From positions 1 to 37,971 of the forward strand of contig JAGXNU010000002.1 of the NCBI GenBank assembly GCA_019894815.1: DNA of 37,971 nt, read 5' to 3'. The notes under the pieces are model-generated. The model had not been told where the DNA came from, made no database searches, and was given only the letters and a program-made list of their open reading frames with translations. Shown one piece after another: positions 27,311 to 35,536 of this stretch. The translations under genes and the position numbers were made by a program. How positions within the stretch are numbered: position 1 is the stretch's first letter; each line of letters begins with the position of its first letter. This DNA comes from Promethearchaeota archaeon (GTDB lineage Archaea; Asgardarchaeota; Lokiarchaeia; Sigyniarchaeales; SOKP01).

Positions 27311-27376
27311 AGCGAACCATTGAAAAATACTATTTATTATTTGAAACTGGTGTTTATAAAGACAACTCATTTTTAA

Positions 27377-27877
27377 TTAACACGTGATATCGCCCAAAAT
27401 CTCATTAATGAAGTATACATTTTCATCCCCAACCTCTGTGAGAAGTTGATGAGATAATGATCTTTTAAAACTCCAAATTTCAATCGTTTTCTCCAAATCT
27501 CGTAGTTTTCTGACAATTTCAATAAAATCTGAATCCCCTGAAACCAAAATTGCTTTATCATATATATCTTCACCAGCGAGCTCTACAACATCTCTGTAGA
27601 TGAAAATATCAAGCCCTTTTTGCATTTTTTTACCTTCTGCAATTATTTTTATCGGTCTCGCTTGAATTACATATCCCTGAGATGTCAAATATTTAAGGAA
27701 ACGTTTCTTCTTGGGATAAAGTTCCTCGGGAATGCCCATGTACATGAAGGCCCCTACTAGATGATCATCCCTTGTTAAAATCTCTTTAAATTTTTTATAA
27801 TCTATTCGAATTTGAAGATTTAACAAGTTATAAAATAAATTTGCGTGGTCAATGAAAATTATAGCCCTTTGTCTCAA
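27377..27877 (-). CDS. NYN/LabA-like (PIN-fold) domain protein
   Basis: IFIDHANL at the N-terminus and LVSGDSDF about 100 aa later are the conserved acidic motifs of the LabA/NYN family. TTG start. Confidence 0.7.
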   Translation of the reverse strand: MRQRAIIFIDHANLFYNLLNLQIRIDYKKFKEILTRDDHLVGAFMYMGIPEELYPKKKRFLKYLTSQGYVIQARPIKIIAEGKKMQKGLDIFIYRDVVELAGEDIYDKAILVSGDSDFIEIVRKLRDLEKTIEIWSFKRSLSHQLLTEVGDENVYFINEILGDITC

Positions 27878-27940
27878 CCTATTAGAACCCCGAAGTATAT
27901 TATTTTAGACACATTTTATTCTATAGATTGATATTTAAAC

Positions 27941-27980
27941 ATGGTGGATTTTTCAAAAATTGGAGCTTTTTACAATTAAA
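27941..27980 (+). repeat. Copy 1 of the three-copy motif (core TCAAAAATTGGAGCTTTTTACA)
   Basis: Core at 27953-27974, between the NYN gene start and the SWIM gene stop. Confidence 0.7.
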
Positions 27981-28029
27981 AAAAGATTTTTTTAAAAATA
28001 CCTCCTCGTTTAATAGATCTAACCTAAAC

Positions 28030-28668
28030 TTAACTCTTGCATTCAGAAATGTGTTTACAGACTTTTTTTCGGAATACAAATTGAGGGCATGTACATGTAA
28101 ATGAACCGTCGGCTTTCTGAGTTACTGTATAAACTTTACTTTTATCACTTGAACTGGCGATCTCCCATTGTTTTACGCCGCTTTCCTTGTCCTCCTTCTG
28201 AGGTTTAGCTGGATTTACTTGTTCTGATTTTAAATCCTTAAAAAATTCCTCGAGATCTGAAATTCCATGGTCTTTTGGGAGGATCTTTATTGGAAACTTC
28301 TCGTATTGGGAAGGGTTGTAATCAATTTGAGCAGCACCGTTTTTAAAAAACTTTTTTAATTTACAGGCGAATGGGAGTTTTTTATTTTTTTTTACATAAT
28401 CAACTAAACTCTTGCCCAGAATTTCCTTAACTTCATTTTTATCGGCGATATGAGAACCTTTATCTGTAATAACATTATACTTAATAGTTGGAAAATTTGT
28501 CTCTTCCATAATTTCCTTGTGGATAATTATATCATCTTTTTCTACTTCATAGTTCTCAATACCGCCTAACTTCATCAAGAAACCAAAACTAGAGGCGTGA
28601 ATGTGATGAAACCAATCGCCTCCTAAGTCATCATCTAATTTATTTAGATCAATTTTCATTTTAATCAT
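28030..28668 (-). CDS. SWIM zinc-finger protein with unassigned N-terminal domain
   Basis: C-terminal FTCTCPQFVFRKKVCKHISEC fits the SWIM CxCxnCxH signature. Confidence 0.65.
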   Translation of the reverse strand: MIKMKIDLNKLDDDLGGDWFHHIHASSFGFLMKLGGIENYEVEKDDIIIHKEIMEETNFPTIKYNVITDKGSHIADKNEVKEILGKSLVDYVKKNKKLPFACKLKKFFKNGAAQIDYNPSQYEKFPIKILPKDHGISDLEEFFKDLKSEQVNPAKPQKEDKESGVKQWEIASSSDKSKVYTVTQKADGSFTCTCPQFVFRKKVCKHISECKS

Positions 28669-28754
28669 TTTGTCATATTTTTGTCTTAAACGTTAGTAAT
28701 CGATGGATATTTTTAAATCTATATTATCTCCCATTTTTTTATAAGGATAGTAGA

Positions 28755-28800
28755 ATGTTGAATTTCTCAAAAAATTGGAGCTTTTATATCCAAATTTAAT
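28755..28800 (+). repeat. Copy 2 of the three-copy motif; also contains the likely promoter of the peptidase gene
   Basis: Core TCAAAAAATTGGAGCTTTTATA at 28767-28788. TTTTATAT lies about 25-30 nt upstream of the ATG at 28814, so the transcript could be leaderless. Confidence 0.7.
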
Positions 28801-28813
28801 ATCATTTACAGCC

Positions 28814-30025
28814 ATGAAAAAATCGGATTACATTTTGATTGCAGTCACAATTTTAGTATTCACTTTTGTATTAGCACCAATCATTATCTTTAATGACTCA
28901 TTGTATATAATAAAAGGGGGCTCAATGGAGCCGAATCTTTATCATGGAGATCTAGTTATTGTAATGGATAAAGAACCAGCAGACATTCAAGCGGGATATC
29001 AAGATGGCGACATTGTCGTAATTAAGGGACCTGAGTATTATACCGATCAAGGCGCGGAACCAGATTTCTGGGATCTACTTAATAATACTCAAATCATTCA
29101 TCGAGTAATTGACAAGAAACTCATTAATGGTACGTGGTATTTTCTAACTAAAGGAGATAATACTGCCATGATTGATGGTTCTATTCGAACAATATTTAAA
29201 TCAGAAGATTATTCTATATTCGAATATAACGAATCAAATGGAGTTTACATAACAAAAGATGCTATTCTCGGGATTGTAATATTCAAAATTCCCTTCATTG
29301 GATATTTGCAAGAATATGGATTATTAATTTCTCTCTTTCTTATAATTTCAATGCTTTTATTCCAATTATTTTCTAAAAAATGGCAGTTTCAGTTATTTAG
29401 AAGCAAGAGAGGTGAAAAAAGATTGGTAAAATCCAAATCTTACTTAATTTTTTCAGGGATTTGCTTGATAGTTTTGTTTTTACAGATAATATTGATCCAA
29501 AATCCATTTTTCCTAAATATGACTAACAATTCCATGAATCCAACCCTAAGCCAAAATGATTTAGTAATCTCAACAACTAAAGATCCATCTGAGATTTTGG
29601 TTGGGGATGTTGTAATCATTAAAAGTGCCCATTATTTTTATGATAGGGGGTTCCCTCCCATACTTTGGAGTAATTTCCCCAATAATTCTTATATTATTCA
29701 CAGAGTTGTAGATAAATTGAACGTGAATGGAACATGGCATTTCATGACTAAAGGAGATAATAGTGGTTATGAAATTGATGGAATGTATAGAACGGTTTCA
29801 TCAAGTCCAGGTTATATATTATTTGAATACAATAAATCTAATATCATTTATCTTCCTCAAGAGGCAATTATCGGAGTAGTTGAGTTTAAAATCCCGTTCA
29901 TTGGATTTTGGAAGGATAATTTTCTCTTCAGTGTATCCATCATTATTTCCCTACAGGTTTTAATTATAATTTTTAAAAAGACAAACATGAAAATTGAGAT
30001 TACAATTAGAGAAACCAATAAATAA
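28814..30025 (+). CDS. Tandem-duplicated archaeal/ER-type signal peptidase I (two S26B modules in one ORF)
   Basis: Each half has a TM anchor, a Ser box (GGSMEPNL / NNSMNPTL), a His box (IIHRV in both) and TKGDN in both. An identical 16-mer actaaaggagataata occurs at 29157 and 29747. The ATG at 28814 is preferred over the TTG at 28775. Confidence 0.75.
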   Translation: MKKSDYILIAVTILVFTFVLAPIIIFNDSLYIIKGGSMEPNLYHGDLVIVMDKEPADIQAGYQDGDIVVIKGPEYYTDQGAEPDFWDLLNNTQIIHRVIDKKLINGTWYFLTKGDNTAMIDGSIRTIFKSEDYSIFEYNESNGVYITKDAILGIVIFKIPFIGYLQEYGLLISLFLIISMLLFQLFSKKWQFQLFRSKRGEKRLVKSKSYLIFSGICLIVLFLQIILIQNPFFLNMTNNSMNPTLSQNDLVISTTKDPSEILVGDVVIIKSAHYFYDRGFPPILWSNFPNNSYIIHRVVDKLNVNGTWHFMTKGDNSGYEIDGMYRTVSSSPGYILFEYNKSNIIYLPQEAIIGVVEFKIPFIGFWKDNFLFSVSIIISLQVLIIIFKKTNMKIEITIRETNK

Positions 30026-30132
30026 ACAAAATGTTTATTTTTGTAAAAAAAACTGATGTTTTTTTCTAATTTACCTTAAAGTAAATCGAAATGTATTTAT
30101 GACGCCAATCATTTAAAAACACAGAAACAAAA

Positions 30133-30867
30133 ATGAAGACAGAAACAAAAAAAGACGACCGAGTCTCAAATAACAAAGACCGAGAGTCGTGCCAATCCAC
30201 TATTAATCCCACCAGCGAGTGGAAGGGAAGAACAATAGAAATTGATGACGCTGGGACGGGTGATCTCGTCGGAAATGCCTTTATAGGCTTTCGTGATACG
30301 AGCACGGGAAAGATTATTTATCAATCGGTTCCAGTTGACCTTTATAAAGAAGACGAGGATAAGAAGAAACACATTCTAGAACCGAAGAAACACATTCTTA
30401 AGGTAGTTATTAAAGCTCTTAGGATACTTAATCACAACGAGAGTGATAGAATCCTTCTATGTCGTGGTAATTGCTTTGATCTTGTAAGAGAATATTTTGA
30501 CGAGAATGAAATTTACTACGAGGCCGCCGTGGTTGAAGGAGTACTTCAGGAGGCCGTGGAAGGTAGATTCATTCAACACCTTAGAAAGTTAGGAGTAAGT
30601 TCGAAAAAACTAACAACCGAAGCAGGTTTCCAGAGATACTTTGTCTTGTTTAACTGGGTGTGCCAAGATTTTCCAAATCGGGAGCGCTACGTTAAGACGG
30701 GCTTTCCATCATGGCCAAAGAAATGGCGAAGGATCGCATTGGAGCGATACCAAAAGTCTGAGAACGGTCAGACTCAAAGAAGAGAGTTAATCAAGCGAAG
30801 AGCGAATGAAATCTATAACATCATGCTTGAGGAACCTATTTCCGCAAGAAACACTAAAAGTAGATAA
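30133..30867 (+). CDS. Hypothetical protein, compositionally foreign (GC-rich); DDAGTGDLVG motif
   Basis: Hand-counted lines give 37-50% GC against about 18-30% in the flanks. IEIDDAGTGDLVGNAFIG loosely recalls the RNase HII DEAGRGxxxGP motif. In-frame 21-nt duplication (KKHILEP KKHILK). Confidence 0.55.
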   Translation: MKTETKKDDRVSNNKDRESCQSTINPTSEWKGRTIEIDDAGTGDLVGNAFIGFRDTSTGKIIYQSVPVDLYKEDEDKKKHILEPKKHILKVVIKALRILNHNESDRILLCRGNCFDLVREYFDENEIYYEAAVVEGVLQEAVEGRFIQHLRKLGVSSKKLTTEAGFQRYFVLFNWVCQDFPNRERYVKTGFPSWPKKWRRIALERYQKSENGQTQRRELIKRRANEIYNIMLEEPISARNTKSR

Positions 30868-31085
30868 GATTTTTAGTATTTAGAGAATAAAACTGTATTA
30901 ATGTTAGAAAAGCAGAATCTTAAACTTAATTGTAATTAAATTTGCTACATTCTACTTATACTACAAAAATACCTGCTTATTAGACACTCGAAGCTTTTTT
31001 TATAGTTATTTTATTCTTATCTTTTTTTTATTATATAAAGTTATATAGACCAATTTTGATAAAACTAAAGAAAATATTAGTATTA

Positions 31086-31122
31086 TCAGCATTAGAAAAG
31101 CCATATTTACTATTAATGCTGA
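31086..31122 (-). terminator. Possible hairpin terminator downstream of the 78-aa gene
   Basis: 9-bp stem TCAGCATTA / TAATGCTGA with a 19-nt loop, followed on the minus strand by a T-rich stretch. Confidence 0.3.
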
Positions 31123-31200
31123 ATCAAGGGATAACCTTTTCTTAGAAAAGAGTTGAAATCCATTTTTATTTATTAAATTATTTATTAGTTAATAAGGAAT

Positions 31201-31437
31201 TTAGTCGTAATCCTTTATGAACTGAACTTCTTTGCCAACTTTTTTAAGGTACCCTAAATAGCACGCTTGATTAAAATGGGCATAAAATTTTTGTTCAATT
31301 ATATCTTCTTCTTCAGCAAATTCTTTAAAATCAGAAAGAGACATTTTCCCATCTACGCTATAAGTTTTAGCGATTCTAATTAAGGTCTTTACGTTATTAT
31401 TTAGATAAATTTTTCTTTCTGTCATTTTTGAGTTCAT
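31201..31437 (-). CDS. Small hypothetical protein (78 aa)
   Basis: Clean ORF with ATG. The segment SLSDFKEFAEEEDIIEQKFYAHFNQACYLGYL faintly resembles helical DNA-binding repeat modules. Unverified. Confidence 0.45.
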   Translation of the reverse strand: MNSKMTERKIYLNNNVKTLIRIAKTYSVDGKMSLSDFKEFAEEEDIIEQKFYAHFNQACYLGYLKKVGKEVQFIKDYD

Positions 31438-31520
31438 CTTTGATAATAATTATTTTAATATAGAAGTTTTGAATTTCAATTTATCAAATCCTATTCTATC
31501 GAGTAAGAAGTTCTTTTTCG

Positions 31521-31566
31521 AAAAAAAAAGAAAAAAAAAGTATGAAGCCATACTCCCCGGGGTATA
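31521..31566 (-). terminator. Dyad plus double T9 tract terminator after the 39-aa ORF
   Basis: On the minus strand the stop is followed by the ATAC..CCCCGGGG..GTAT and GTATG/CATAC dyads (31540-31565), then CT9CT9 (31521-31540). Oligo-T tracts are the known archaeal termination signal. Confidence 0.5.
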
Positions 31567-31567
31567 A

Positions 31568-31687
31568 TTAAGGAGTTCCACCGCCAGGAAAATATCCGAC
31601 GGCGTATGAAGTTGAACTTAAAGTGATTCCAAGAGAAATCACGCTTAAGGCTAACATTATTACAACAAAAATTCTATTTTTATCCAT
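31568..31687 (-). CDS. Unannotated 39-aa hydrophobic (signal-peptide-like) micropeptide
   Basis: Hand translation: MDKNRIFVVIMLALSVISLGITLSSTSYAVGYFPGGGTP. Charged N-terminus, hydrophobic core and a Gly/Pro tail. Same strand as the giant ORF and 240 nt downstream of it. It has its own terminator. Confidence 0.45.
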   Translation of the reverse strand: MDKNRIFVVIMLALSVISLGITLSSTSYAVGYFPGGGTP

Positions 31688-31927
31688 TTCTAAATTACCT
31701 CACTTAATAATAGCACCAATTATTTAGTGCTATTGATTACTTTAGAAAAGTGTATTTAAACTTCGATTTTTTAAAAATAACTATTTAAACTCCTAAGATA
31801 TAATTTTTCATGCTTTAGGAGTAAAGAAAAAGAATGAAGGATATAGAAATTTTATTTTTATATACGTAATGCGCTTAATATTATATTTTATATATGGACC
31901 CCCATATCTATTCTCATGTTATTTTTA

Positions 31928-34900
31928 CTATTCTGAATTTAATTTGGGATATTGTGGCGTGAAATTTTCACCAAAAAGTTTATGATTCATGTAAATTTTG
32001 TCAAAATCATTCCATTTCAAGTTGAGTAATGGGTTATAGTTATTTTTCAAATCGACTCCCTTAAACACCTCAGCAAGCCATTCTTTAGTCTTGAACAGTT
32101 CACTGAAAAAAATGAAATGTTCAATATTCAAATGATCAAGCACGTCAAATATAACATCCACATAGGGACTTATTTCCATTTCAGGTAATTTTAGCTTTAT
32201 ATACAACCCATTGTTGAAAGTGATCAATTCTTCAAAAGATTTAACAAAAAATTCACCCTCTATTTCCCTAATGGTTACCACATTAAAGAACTGGAATAAT
32301 TTTATAAGAATTTTAACTTGTTCTTCATTAAGGTCAGGTATGATAAAGTTTAAGCATTCCCTTAGCTTTAAATTTTTAAGTTTCAGTGATGGATGGATTA
32401 ATTTATTTTTTAAAAGCCTTAAAACAACCAGTTCTAATTTTGCTCCTTTTTTTGTGCCCCAGAAGCTCTTAATATTAGATCTCCTCTTGAATATTTTTAA
32501 TAAATCTTTAAATTTGGCATTTGCAGGTGAGATATATGAATCAATGTGAGTCTTTTCAAAATTCAAAGTTCTTAAGTTTGGGTTATAGGGATTATATGAC
32601 GGATCAAATAGAACTTTTTGAACATATTGTGTAAAGAGATTATAATCAATTCTCCATCCATCTGGCGTGATGTTTTTCGAGAAATCGAAAATTTCATGAG
32701 TTTTTTTGATAGAAAATAAACAATACTCATTAATACTTTTCTTTGAGTATAGGAGCCAATTGAGATACGCCTTATTCGGTGTGTTATACGGGAAAATATA
32801 TTTAACCAAAAAGCTATATGTATCAAATCTTGTCGAATTAAATCTTATAGAGATGAATGTATTTATCAGAAGTAATTCGGGGTTTATTGCATTGAAATCT
32901 GATGGTTGAAAATACAAGTAATATTTCTGTAACCCGAATTCTTGAAGGATTGGCTTAACACGAATGGAATTTATATATTGAAAGAAGGGGTTTTCTCTTA
33001 AATCTTGATATACTTTTGAATTTAGCAAGTAATATTCTAATCGTTTATTAAAATCTAATAATCTGTCTAATTGATTCAAGTCAAAATGTTGAGGTTCCAT
33101 CATTCTTTTTTGGTTCAATTCATCTATAAAGGATTGTAAGTTGGTTTTATTGAGCCAAAAATGATCGGTATTGTTAGGTGCTTGAATATTAAAGGGAGTT
33201 AAATTTTTTCCAAATCGATCTCTAATCGATTTCTTGAATTCTGAATAAAGATCGGGTGTATAAAAAAAAGTGCCCTCGATAAAATCATAAAAATTTTTGC
33301 GTGAAAATGCTATATAAAATCCTTGATGGATATATCGTGTAAAAATAACTAAATCAGCTTTTAACAGATGATGCACAATCGAATAGAATTCATATTTTTC
33401 CTTCATGTTCATTCCTTGAATTCCAAATCGACAAAAAATAAAATTCTGATCATCCAAAACTTCGTTAAGTTCATAATAATTATAGTGTGGGACTATGTGT
33501 GATATTTTTTCTATGAAATTTAAAACTCGTTTTGTATTTTTGGCCAATAAAATGAATGAAATTGTTGAATATAATACTGTAATTAATGAATCAATCATTT
33601 TTGGAGATATAATAGGGGGAATTGAAGTTGCAAAATCTTCAAGCCTATTCTCGACCTCTACACTTGTTATGTTTCTCAATTGGGAATCCTTATATATCAA
33701 ATCTAATTTCTCTTCTTTTACAGTATAAATCCTTGTTGAAGTTTCTGGATTTTCTAGAATGTATTTTATTGAATTTAAATCATAAATTTTTAATTCCTCA
33801 CAAATTGATAAATATTCATGGTAAAGCTTGAATGCTTGATATTCTTCATCAAAAAGATTTCTATTGCGAAAATACAGGGGAATAAGTTCAATTATCAGTA
33901 AATTTCGTACTCGTTGATTATTAAGATTAAGATTTTCATGAAATGACGTTGAGATTCCCTTTTTTTTAACAAAATCCTTAAAAGAGACAGGATCGGTTAT
34001 TGATGGATTTCTCTTTAAGATTTCCCTGGCTAATTTTAAAGATTCTACAATCTGTTCCATGTATTCCTTAAATGTAAAGAAACTATATCTCTGATTATTT
34101 TGGAGTAAATTGAAAAACTTTTTTTTTAGATCTGGTGATTCAGAAAACCGAGAAGAAAACCGATCAACCGCGTTTCTTAACTGAACTATAACATTTTTTT
34201 GATAGGAGATCTCTTTTAATAAATCTGATTTTAAATCTTTCAGGGTAGATTCACGTCTTTCAAATCCAAATCCAGTAAAAGATAAATTTCTTACTCTATC
34301 TAATATTATAAAATCAAGTAAAGAAAGCTTCTTCAGAACTACTTCTTTCTGATAATTAGACTTGAAAATGAGCTCTAAGTCTTTGCGATATCCTTTCCGT
34401 TGAGAGTGTAAGATCTTGTCCATTTCGGTAAGCTTCCTATAATAATTAAGATTCAAGTAGTAGTGCATGGTCTCCGGTTCATAAAGTGAAATTTCCTGGA
34501 AGAATCCAGTATCTTTGAAAAACTCCAAAGACTGCAATAGATCCCCTACATATGAATTAGGAATGATAATATACCCAAAGAATTCCCGAGCATATCCAAA
34601 TGAAGAAAGTTGGGACCAAAAGAAAAAGGGCAAGTTCCTCATGAACACTTTAATATTTCTCCATCTACAGCTTGGATGAAACCGAATGTATATAATATAG
34701 ATTGCCATGTTAATAGTAAACCAATCCAAGTGATAATTAGGCGCACAGAAAGTATGTTTATTTAGCCATCTCACGTTAGATGAAAATTTACGAAGACTCA
34801 AGTCCGTTGTAATTAATCCACTTTCTTTAAATTTTTTGAAGTAATCTTGATACTCAAGTAAAGCTCGATAATTTTTGACGGAAAAAAATATTTCTTTAAG

Positions 34901-35536
34901 AACTTTTATGGTTTCAAGAATATCATCTTTTTGAAGATATAATTTGATTCGATTTATGAATTCAATTACGATGATACCAAAAATGGTGTTATTGAGTAAA
35001 TCTGGCTCGAGGGAGTTAATCAACTGGAAAAGAGTAGGTATGACGTTTTCTTTCGTATCGGGATCTTCTAACTTAACGAATTTTATCAACATATCGCCAT
35101 TATTTGCGAAATGTGGTTGAAAATTCTCATGACTTCTAATAATTTTCTTCCATTCTGTAATGTTATTCAAAGTTTCGAGTTCAGATTCTATTATCATGTA
35201 AACTACAAATTGCACTTGAATGCTCTTTCGATTTTTAGGAATAATGAATAATTTATAACATTCTCGTAATAGAATTTGAGGAATAAATTTTATACACCTA
35301 AGTGAAATATGAATTTCATTCAAAAAATTGGAGCGTTTTACACCAAATTCAAATGTTTCGCTTAAATTTAAGTTTTCTTCATCTAATATGTCAATCTTGA
35401 TATTAGTTTCATGGGGCTTGCTTTCCAGAGCTTCTTCAATATTTAACATTAGTGAATTAAAGATATCTTGCACTTTTTCAAGATTCTTCCCTTTTGAGAG
35501 GGAATTTAATAAATTTAGATCAATACCTAATCCCAT
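31928..35536 (-). CDS. 1202-aa ORFan, no recognisable catalytic or nucleotide-binding motif
   Basis: Uninterrupted 3.6-kb frame in a genome where random frames close quickly. No Walker A, DEAD, HNH, DxD or CxxC pairs found by eye. Recurrent aromatic-rich beta-like stretches (YIIYIRFHP, GYIIIPNSY, KYYLYFQPSDF, LNFIIPDLN, LYIKLKLPE) alternate with helical stretches. Confidence 0.8.
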   Translation of the reverse strand: MGLGIDLNLLNSLSKGKNLEKVQDIFNSLMLNIEEALESKPHETNIKIDILDEENLNLSETFEFGVKRSNFLNEIHISLRCIKFIPQILLRECYKLFIIPKNRKSIQVQFVVYMIIESELETLNNITEWKKIIRSHENFQPHFANNGDMLIKFVKLEDPDTKENVIPTLFQLINSLEPDLLNNTIFGIIVIEFINRIKLYLQKDDILETIKVLKEIFFSVKNYRALLEYQDYFKKFKESGLITTDLSLRKFSSNVRWLNKHTFCAPNYHLDWFTINMAIYIIYIRFHPSCRWRNIKVFMRNLPFFFWSQLSSFGYAREFFGYIIIPNSYVGDLLQSLEFFKDTGFFQEISLYEPETMHYYLNLNYYRKLTEMDKILHSQRKGYRKDLELIFKSNYQKEVVLKKLSLLDFIILDRVRNLSFTGFGFERRESTLKDLKSDLLKEISYQKNVIVQLRNAVDRFSSRFSESPDLKKKFFNLLQNNQRYSFFTFKEYMEQIVESLKLAREILKRNPSITDPVSFKDFVKKKGISTSFHENLNLNNQRVRNLLIIELIPLYFRNRNLFDEEYQAFKLYHEYLSICEELKIYDLNSIKYILENPETSTRIYTVKEEKLDLIYKDSQLRNITSVEVENRLEDFATSIPPIISPKMIDSLITVLYSTISFILLAKNTKRVLNFIEKISHIVPHYNYYELNEVLDDQNFIFCRFGIQGMNMKEKYEFYSIVHHLLKADLVIFTRYIHQGFYIAFSRKNFYDFIEGTFFYTPDLYSEFKKSIRDRFGKNLTPFNIQAPNNTDHFWLNKTNLQSFIDELNQKRMMEPQHFDLNQLDRLLDFNKRLEYYLLNSKVYQDLRENPFFQYINSIRVKPILQEFGLQKYYLYFQPSDFNAINPELLLINTFISIRFNSTRFDTYSFLVKYIFPYNTPNKAYLNWLLYSKKSINEYCLFSIKKTHEIFDFSKNITPDGWRIDYNLFTQYVQKVLFDPSYNPYNPNLRTLNFEKTHIDSYISPANAKFKDLLKIFKRRSNIKSFWGTKKGAKLELVVLRLLKNKLIHPSLKLKNLKLRECLNFIIPDLNEEQVKILIKLFQFFNVVTIREIEGEFFVKSFEELITFNNGLYIKLKLPEMEISPYVDVIFDVLDHLNIEHFIFFSELFKTKEWLAEVFKGVDLKNNYNPLLNLKWNDFDKIYMNHKLFGENFTPQYPKLNSE
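35308..35354 (+). repeat. Copy 3 of the three-copy motif, inside the 5' part of the giant ORF (antisense to it)
   Basis: Core TCAAAAAATTGGAGCGTTTTACA at 35320-35342. Extended match to copy 2 (GAATTTC..TCAAAAAATTGGAGC.TTTTA.A.CCAAATT.AA). Confidence 0.7.

Noticed and set aside
27173-27573. ORFs 27173..27370 and 27373..27573 on the minus strand.
   Set aside because: The first lies on the repeat-structured cdhE leader and has a Phe/Lys-rich nonsense-like sequence. The second is an alternative frame inside the NYN/LabA-like gene.
28631-35536. The SWIM protein and the giant ORFan both begin ..IDLN.L.. and share the 12-mer ATTGATCTAAAT at codons 5-9.
   Set aside because: By my rough estimate, exact 12-mer matches are expected by chance many times in 38 kb of sequence this AT-rich. 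I saw no similarity beyond about 21 nt.
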